Source: Candidatus Thorarchaeota archaeon
GTDB taxonomy: Archaea > Asgardarchaeota > Heimdallarchaeia > Hodarchaeales > Hodarchaeaceae
Direction: 5' to 3'
Assembly: GCA_048882505.1 (NCBI GenBank)
Contig: JBHLRO010000002.1
Coordinates: 120,001 to 152,000 of the forward strand
Length of the DNA stretch: 32,000 bases
Part shown: piece by piece, positions 26,447-32,000 of the stretch
How positions within the stretch are numbered: position 1 is the first letter of the stretch
How the letters are laid out: each line of letters opens with the position of its first letter
Translations under genes and position numbers: made by a program
Notes under the pieces: generated by a model
The model's database searches: none
What the model saw: the letters and a program-made list of their open reading frames with translations, nothing else
What the model was told of the DNA's origin: nothing

Positions 26447-26725
26447 TTACCCCTCGTGTACCTTATTTTCATCTTGTGTTGGCTCAAGTGCCCCATCATT
26501 GTCCTGGGGTAGAAATAGGTAGAATATATATGATAGGATAATGATTGCCCCAAAGGAAACATAACCCATTACTCCATCAAAAATATTTATGGGTAATAAG
26601 GGGGAGAAGATAAAGAGTACAAACGCTGTTACAAATGCAGCAAGTATCGCGATGATAATTCCTCGAAGACCAAAACGACTCCGATATCCCGTTTTAGGGT
26701 ACAATACATTCTCTGGAGAAGACAT
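26447..26725 (-). CDS. Small membrane protein, 2 TM
   Basis: Two hydrophobic helices, 6 nt upstream of the acetyltransferase gene on the same strand. Confidence 0.65.
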   Translation of the reverse strand: MSSPENVLYPKTGYRSRFGLRGIIIAILAAFVTAFVLFIFSPLLPINIFDGVMGYVSFGAIIILSYIFYLFLPQDNDGALEPTQDENKVHEG

Positions 26726-26916
26726 CTTTGTGCACGTTCTTGAATTTATGGTAGGGAATGGGAAAAAGCCCCCTTTCTCTAAAAATCTGTAGATTTTTCA
26801 TCCTTCTTTCCTTGTGAGGTTTATGATATGACGCGACGATTCAGGGAAACATCATGTGCTTATTCCATAATAATTGTGAAGAAATTATAAATTTCTTCGC
26901 ATCCACATCGGATCCT

Positions 26917-27594
26917 ATGCAGGTTACCTGTCTCGTCTCGGGGGGGAAGGACTCCATTTTTGCGCTAGGTTTGGCGCTCCTCCAGTTTGAAGTGACCTCG
27001 ATCATAACCATAAGATCGTCCTGCGATGAGAGCCAGCTCTTCCACCTCCCTAACTGTCAACATGTTCAACTAATTGCAGAAATGCTTGATATTCCACATC
27101 AATTCGCATGGATAGATAGTTGTGATGTAGACGAAGAGATTCAAGGCCTTACTAATGCCCTGATTAAAGCTGAGGCAGAAGCAGTGATTACAGGGGGAAT
27201 CCAGTCAGAGTTTCAGAGGTATAAATTCAATCTTTCCGCGCAACGGGCTGGGATGCGATGTTTTAATCCCTTATGGCGAGTGGCACCTCAACAATTAATG
27301 TTGGAATTGCTTGATCATGATTTCCATATTATTTTTACGGCCATAGCTGGTATGGGACTGAAAAAGGACTTATTAGGGACAAAATTGACCTCTAAAATCC
27401 TTGATAGACTGAAAGTTACTTCTCATGGGAGCGAAATCGCCATAACAGGAGAGGGAGGATCCTACGAGTCCTTTGTATTGGATGCTCCGTTCTTTCCAGC
27501 ACGTATTCTGATAAAAGATTCTATCATTCATTGGGATCGATATCGAGAGGAGGGGTATTTGGAAATTCTCAGAGTGGAAACTGAGCAAAAATAA
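26917..27594 (+). CDS. dph6: Diphthine--ammonia ligase (Dph6, PP-loop ATPase)
   Basis: SGGKDS, QLFH.PN, G.I.S.FQ, PLW and GEGG.YESFVLDAPFF. The start is probably ATG 26917. Confidence 0.88.
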   Translation: MQVTCLVSGGKDSIFALGLALLQFEVTSIITIRSSCDESQLFHLPNCQHVQLIAEMLDIPHQFAWIDSCDVDEEIQGLTNALIKAEAEAVITGGIQSEFQRYKFNLSAQRAGMRCFNPLWRVAPQQLMLELLDHDFHIIFTAIAGMGLKKDLLGTKLTSKILDRLKVTSHGSEIAITGEGGSYESFVLDAPFFPARILIKDSIIHWDRYREEGYLEILRVETEQK

Positions 27595-27635
27595 AAGATG
27601 AGATTAAAAGGCCAATGAAAAGATAAGCCCTTCTA

Positions 27636-28529
27636 TTAAGGCTGGTATGTCAAAAATATCCTCACAATATCCCAGGACTTGGGGCTGTTCCGATCTTTTA
27701 GAGTGATGAATATTTGATACACAGCACTTGGAACAGCGCGAACAGGGTCTGCATTAACTTTGATGTTTACGCCTGATAACGAGTTGTTTTGGTATTTCTG
27801 CAGTGTGGCAGGAAGGGAGCCTTGACTCGAATTTGTACCATCGATTGTGAAAAAAATATGGCTAGGTGAATCTGAAGTGATTTCTAACAATAAATTTAGG
27901 TTGGTACTCCCGTTGTTTACAATATTCATCGTCAAGTTGACGCCATTAGTATCAAATTCCGTTGATGGAGTTTGTGCTGTAAGATAAACAGGGCCCAATG
28001 TATCTCCTATCGCTAGAAGATCTGATCGAAAGATTCGGGCCTCTTGATCTGTGAATCTACTCCCTTCTGGATAGACTGTGACGTGAACATAGATAGTATC
28101 GTTTTCTGGAACCAACTCGGTTGCACTGGGGATATTTCGATCTAAAGATATTGGTAAGGTGAGAATCTGTAATGGCCTTAGAGGAATCAGGTCTTGAGTC
28201 AGATTTAGTCTCCATCCTGGCATAACGCTCCGGTTTTGATCGCGAACTTCAAATGCATCAGCCCTCTGTATCAAAACAACAGAAGATTCTGTGTTCTGTA
28301 AAGCTACCCTAAATCTATCTACAAGTATATTATTGTCAGTTGATTCGAATTCAGAAATACCTATAACATCCACGTTTATTGGAGTTGGTGTAGCTACTGT
28401 TCCAAATATTACCAATGCGATTCCTAGACCTGCGACCACAACCAATCCTATCATCAAAACAGTTGCTATAACAGGGGAAATCGCTCGCATTCGAGATTGT
28501 TGCCGGCCTAGATCCCAAAATCTTACCAT
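27636..28529 (-). CDS. Archaeal type IV pilin-like protein (class III signal peptide)
   Basis: RMRA^ISPVIATVLMIGLVVVAG class III signal peptide, followed by a beta-rich Ig-like region with seven N-x-S/T sequons. Confidence 0.85.
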   Translation of the reverse strand: MVRFWDLGRQQSRMRAISPVIATVLMIGLVVVAGLGIALVIFGTVATPTPINVDVIGISEFESTDNNILVDRFRVALQNTESSVVLIQRADAFEVRDQNRSVMPGWRLNLTQDLIPLRPLQILTLPISLDRNIPSATELVPENDTIYVHVTVYPEGSRFTDQEARIFRSDLLAIGDTLGPVYLTAQTPSTEFDTNGVNLTMNIVNNGSTNLNLLLEITSDSPSHIFFTIDGTNSSQGSLPATLQKYQNNSLSGVNIKVNADPVRAVPSAVYQIFITLKDRNSPKSWDIVRIFLTYQP

Positions 28530-28832
28530 TAATGGACTCTCCGATGTATCATGACGGCCATAAAGGGTATCCTTGTCACCAGATTGTAGGATAGTGTTTG
28601 TGGGGTAAATTTCCCCTATATCGTCCTTGTCTTAATAAAACGGGCCTCTTCTTTAAAAATATAGGGATACCTACGGAGCAAGAAATGACCGAACTCTCAA
28701 CAAAGATTTCAGCAACAGCTTTTCTACTATTCCGGACGGCAACAGCATCATTGCAGCGGGGAGACCTCAGCTGACCGATACAATAGCAGTCTTTGGAGTT
28801 CTTTAGTCTTTTGCACCGTGGAATAGAACATG

Positions 28833-30713
28833 CTACCATCGAGAAAACCCTATTCCACAAATTTCTGACACATAAAGTAAAAATAGAGCGATTTCTTCCA
28901 TTTCTTGATTGTCTTCGCGACAAACAAAAACGACTCCTTCGCCTTTCTTTAGGGGCTGGAGTAAGCGCCATAAAATCTCATCCTGCGCCGATGCTAGACT
29001 CCAAAGGGATTCCTGTTCAAATTGCCTCCTAAGATCAACTTCACGGACGAACGTTTTAAACTTCGTTGGGATTTTTTCTCTAATAAATTCTCGTCTGGGG
29101 GGGATTATTAGAATTGATCCTTTTTTGGGGATTTGGAACATCTCGGGAAGGGGATGCAGATTCAACTGTACTTGAGTTAAGTACTCGACGATTCCTAGCC
29201 ATAACAATGAACGGAGCATTTCTCTTTCTTTTTCTAGTGGTCCCTCGATGAGTACGTAATCATCTTGCAAGCGAGCTTCTCCTCCCACTCGAACAGTTAG
29301 ATCTTCCAGGGAATCTTTTAGCGCAGGGAGGCGATCGATGGCCGTATAAAGATGAATCGAAAAATAACGTTGATCTCCTGAAAAAGTACTAATAACAACC
29401 TGATTTTTATCAAAGGGAAGATTGGGAGCCTTCGCCAAATTAATTTTAGAGGGGGATGTATCAAGAGTTACAGGGATAGATTTAAACTCATATGCTAAAC
29501 CACTAAAACGCTCTTTTTCTAATAACTCCATAACGGCGGGATCAAGATCTACCGAAGTAGCACGCGTTATGGGAGTTATTGTGGGAGTGGCTAAGACATT
29601 ATTGTCAGTAGGAATCGCATCAGGTTCGGCAGCCAACTCAATGGAAGCATCTGAAAATGTCTTTGGGGTGGAAGCTGCGGTAAGGGGTTTATGAGTTCCG
29701 GTTTCAGAAGGCTGTACTGTGAGACCTTCAAGATCTGGAATTGCCACTTCAGTCTTTTCGGAGGGAGCCGACCTCGCCAAATCCCTCATTTTTTGCATCA
29801 CTGGGGTTGACAAAGTTACTAACACGTCTTGCCCTGGATGCAGCACCGTCGTCAAGAGAATATCCGTTCTAACGAATTCATCTTCAGATCGGGGAAGTTC
29901 AGTTATTGACTGGGCGATCTCTTTTGCCTCCTCGTTTGCAATGAAAGTACCCATCTTTGCAGCATTTGATTGTTCGCCAAAAATTCGACTTACAACATCA
30001 TATGTAGATTCACCTGATATAGCCGAGAAGTATTGACGAAGTGGTTCCTGCAATCCAAAAATAAGTACATTAGGACTCTCCATCGCATTAGGAAGCGGCA
30101 GAAACGAGATAACACGGCCTTTTTTTGCCAATTCTGTTGCTGCAAATACGTCACGAGGATCTTGAGGATTCACGAATACTATATTGGAGGCCACTTGATG
30201 GATACCAAACTGCAGATCATGGGCAACCGCAGTTAGAATAACAAGAGCGGTTAGAATTCCTTCTGATGTACGAGGGATAACGACATGAGCTTCTCGCGGA
30301 GCTGAAAAAATCTGAAAAAAGCAGTCTAATTGGCGGTTTTGGGCATCAATAATCTCTCCAGACAGGAATTCAGTTAACATTTGTAAAATAATGTTCATAA
30401 GGGGGATAATTTGACGTGCACTGCGATCGATGGGAATAAGAACAGTTGCTACAAGACTCTTATCCTGTGAGAATAGGAATATCATACGATGGTTTGAAAA
30501 TCGGATGAAATGTACCTGTTCTCCTTCTGCGATCCTTTGTGAAAATAAATCGAGAGCCTGGGTCATTTGGGCACTTATTTTCGAGTTCTGAGTCAATTGC
30601 CCATCCCCAGAACTGAATATGATGCGAGGGGAACCGCCGCTTTGATGGATCACGAGTATGTCGTTGAAATTGGGAAGTGCTGGTACGCTCTCCGAGTTTG
30701 GCAAGAAAGTCAC
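28833..30713 (-). CDS. Hypothetical multidomain protein: N-terminal longin-like + cDENN-like domains, Pro/Thr/Ala linker, unknown C-terminal domain
   Basis: Residues ~15-115 show the longin order b-b-a-b-b-b-a (ILVIH, RIIFS, helix, VHFIRF, RMIFLF, LVATVLI, helix). The following alpha/beta block resembles the DENN core. Assignment is by pattern only. Confidence 0.55.
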   Translation of the reverse strand: MTFLPNSESVPALPNFNDILVIHQSGGSPRIIFSSGDGQLTQNSKISAQMTQALDLFSQRIAEGEQVHFIRFSNHRMIFLFSQDKSLVATVLIPIDRSARQIIPLMNIILQMLTEFLSGEIIDAQNRQLDCFFQIFSAPREAHVVIPRTSEGILTALVILTAVAHDLQFGIHQVASNIVFVNPQDPRDVFAATELAKKGRVISFLPLPNAMESPNVLIFGLQEPLRQYFSAISGESTYDVVSRIFGEQSNAAKMGTFIANEEAKEIAQSITELPRSEDEFVRTDILLTTVLHPGQDVLVTLSTPVMQKMRDLARSAPSEKTEVAIPDLEGLTVQPSETGTHKPLTAASTPKTFSDASIELAAEPDAIPTDNNVLATPTITPITRATSVDLDPAVMELLEKERFSGLAYEFKSIPVTLDTSPSKINLAKAPNLPFDKNQVVISTFSGDQRYFSIHLYTAIDRLPALKDSLEDLTVRVGGEARLQDDYVLIEGPLEKEREMLRSLLWLGIVEYLTQVQLNLHPLPEMFQIPKKGSILIIPPRREFIREKIPTKFKTFVREVDLRRQFEQESLWSLASAQDEILWRLLQPLKKGEGVVFVCREDNQEMEEIALFLLYVSEICGIGFSRW

Positions 30714-30851
30714 TCCGCGTTATTTACGAAGAATCCTAATTACTTAATATATGCAACTCATCACTCTATATCATTCATCATTATCTTTAATAAGTTTCAG
30801 GTATTAAATACACCTCATCACTCAGGGCTCTGCAAGGGGTTGGCAATATCT

Positions 30852-31523
30852 TTAGTAAATTTCAGAGAGCCTCTCGAATACCCTTTGAGGGTTAAATCCG
30901 CCACGACGAATCACCACGGGATTGGTGGGATTACTAAGATCTATGATGGTCGAGGGTTTATTCGGAGGAAGGTGTCCTGCGTCAATCGTTAACGGGATGT
31001 CTTCGGGTGAGAAATCCTGGTACACGCCTTCAAGGTTATAATTTACTGGTGCCCCTGTTTTATTTGCAGATGTTCCAATGATAGGACATCCTGCCTTCTG
31101 GATGATTTTCACAAGAACTTCATAGGATGGAACACGAAATGCGATTCTAAGGGGATCGTTTATGTTGAGAAGGGGAGAAATCTCCTCTTTCTGACATTTT
31201 AAAATCAGAGTAGGACTCGATTCGGAGAGTTGCCAAATTTCATGTAAGAAAGTATAGAATTGCGGGTCTGCATCGATATATTCCGGGATCATCTCTTTTG
31301 AAATCAGAAGACTCAAAGGCAAATCCAACGGACGCTCTTTAAGACGGAAGATACGGTATACATTATCACTATTCCACTTTAGCCCGCAGCACCCCAGACC
31401 ATAGCAAGTATCCGTTGGAAAAACCGCAATTACTCCTTTCCTCAAGGCCTCGGATGCTAAAGATACAATCTGCGGATTTGTTATTGCAATTCTTATGGGA
31501 AAGTTTCCCAATGCCAAAAGCAA
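30852..31523 (-). CDS. sua5: Threonylcarbamoyl-AMP synthase (Sua5/YrdC/TsaC)
   Basis: AVFPTDTCYGLGC, KERP...PLS, IAFRVP, GTSAN and PSTIID. Confidence 0.93.
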   Translation of the reverse strand: MLLALGNFPIRIAITNPQIVSLASEALRKGVIAVFPTDTCYGLGCCGLKWNSDNVYRIFRLKERPLDLPLSLLISKEMIPEYIDADPQFYTFLHEIWQLSESSPTLILKCQKEEISPLLNINDPLRIAFRVPSYEVLVKIIQKAGCPIIGTSANKTGAPVNYNLEGVYQDFSPEDIPLTIDAGHLPPNKPSTIIDLSNPTNPVVIRRGGFNPQRVFERLSEIY

Positions 31524-31567
31524 CTTTCACCTAACAAACTGGGAACTTATGGTTGCAGTGAACAAAG

Positions 31568-31999
31568 TTAAGCTTGTTGCTTCATCATTAAAACAATGAT
31601 ATCCCGAATGAGGCCTTCTACAGGTTTGATTACGCGAGAAACGCTCGCCGGTCTATATTCCTTTTTCAATTTGCCATCAACATCAACAATCTTGGTACGA
31701 TCTCCTGTAGAGAGAAGGACCTTTAGATCATCACGAGCTTCAAGGCAAGAAACTTCAACCATTCTAGCCGCCGCGTCACGAAGGTTTGCCGCCACACCTG
31801 ATTCGCTTAGTAATTTTCCCACCTCTAACGCAGAAATCCGTTGTTCTCTTGGTAAATCCATCTTGTTCAAAAGCAACTGAAAAGGAAGGACTCCATTGGA
31901 AAGCTTATCCCCAGCTAGATCATTAATCTCTTTCAAAGCATGTTTATTCTCTTCCCATCGTGACTTCTCCGAGTCAATGACCACAACAAGACCATGCGC
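31568..31999 (-). CDS. Small GTPase, MglA/Rab-like (C-terminal half; 5'-truncated by window edge)
   Basis: The frame is open to the window end: AHGLVVVIDS..SRWEEN..AL (cf. MglA DGIVFVADS..R...N), G4 LLNKMDL and G5-like EVSC. G1-G3 lie outside the window. Confidence 0.75.
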   Translation of the reverse strand, partial: AHGLVVVIDSEKSRWEENKHALKEINDLAGDKLSNGVLPFQLLLNKMDLPREQRISALEVGKLLSESGVAANLRDAAARMVEVSCLEARDDLKVLLSTGDRTKIVDVDGKLKKEYRPASVSRVIKPVEGLIRDIIVLMMKQQA

Positions 32000-32000
32000 A

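Noticed and set aside
28530-28832. SRP RNA or RNase P RNA in the 300-nt gap
   Set aside because: The conserved SRP helix-8 and RNase P GAGGAAAGUCC-type motifs were not found on either strand.
28576-28839. 87-aa Cys-rich ORF whose ATG overlaps the end of the longin/DENN-like gene (tail of track ORF 28576-28971)
   Set aside because: It fills the gap and the overlap is suggestive, but there is no recognisable motif or regular Cys spacing. It cannot be supported without homologues.
367-31880. About 40 short ORFs antisense to or overlapping well-supported genes (e.g. 367-573, 3180-3431, 10377-10760, 13467-13829, 18556-18939, 30567-30992, 31596-31880)
   Set aside because: They are shadow ORFs of real coding frames, with no motifs and no independent start signals.
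1-32000. CRISPR arrays, transposases, integrase or att duplication at the tRNA
   Set aside because: No periodic repeat-spacer pattern, no DDE/HUH/tyrosine-recombinase motifs, and no second copy of the tRNA 3' end were seen in the window.

Overview
Gene-dense archaeal chromosomal window, most likely from an Asgard archaeon (Heimdallarchaeia/Hodarchaeales-like; this is inference). The evidence is an intron-containing tRNA with a bulge-helix-bulge motif, a gamma-delta-alpha-beta 2-oxoacid:ferredoxin oxidoreductase operon, archaeal Elp3/Dph6/AglH/pilin genes, two small GTPases, longin/DENN-like proteins and a RING-like protein. Housekeeping content: rpiA, rtcA, nth, porCDAB, elp3, aglH, dph6, sua5, sugar nucleotidyl- and acetyltransferases, tRNA-Ala(GGC). 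Best leads: (1) a two-gene operon of an Arf-like GTPase plus a GAP1-N2/GAP1-M (DENN-like) partner, a candidate minimal GTPase-regulator module; (2) a second longin+cDENN-like multidomain protein near an MglA/Rab-like GTPase; (3) a tail-anchored C4C4 (NOT4-like) RING protein; (4) a KaiC/aRadC-like ATPase tightly coupled to a divergent ATP-dependent DNA ligase, head-to-head with rtcA. An ICMT-family gene is broken by three single-T deletions (assembly error or pseudogene). No CRISPR array, rRNA or recognisable transposase was seen. Family assignments come from motif recognition by eye; no searches were run.
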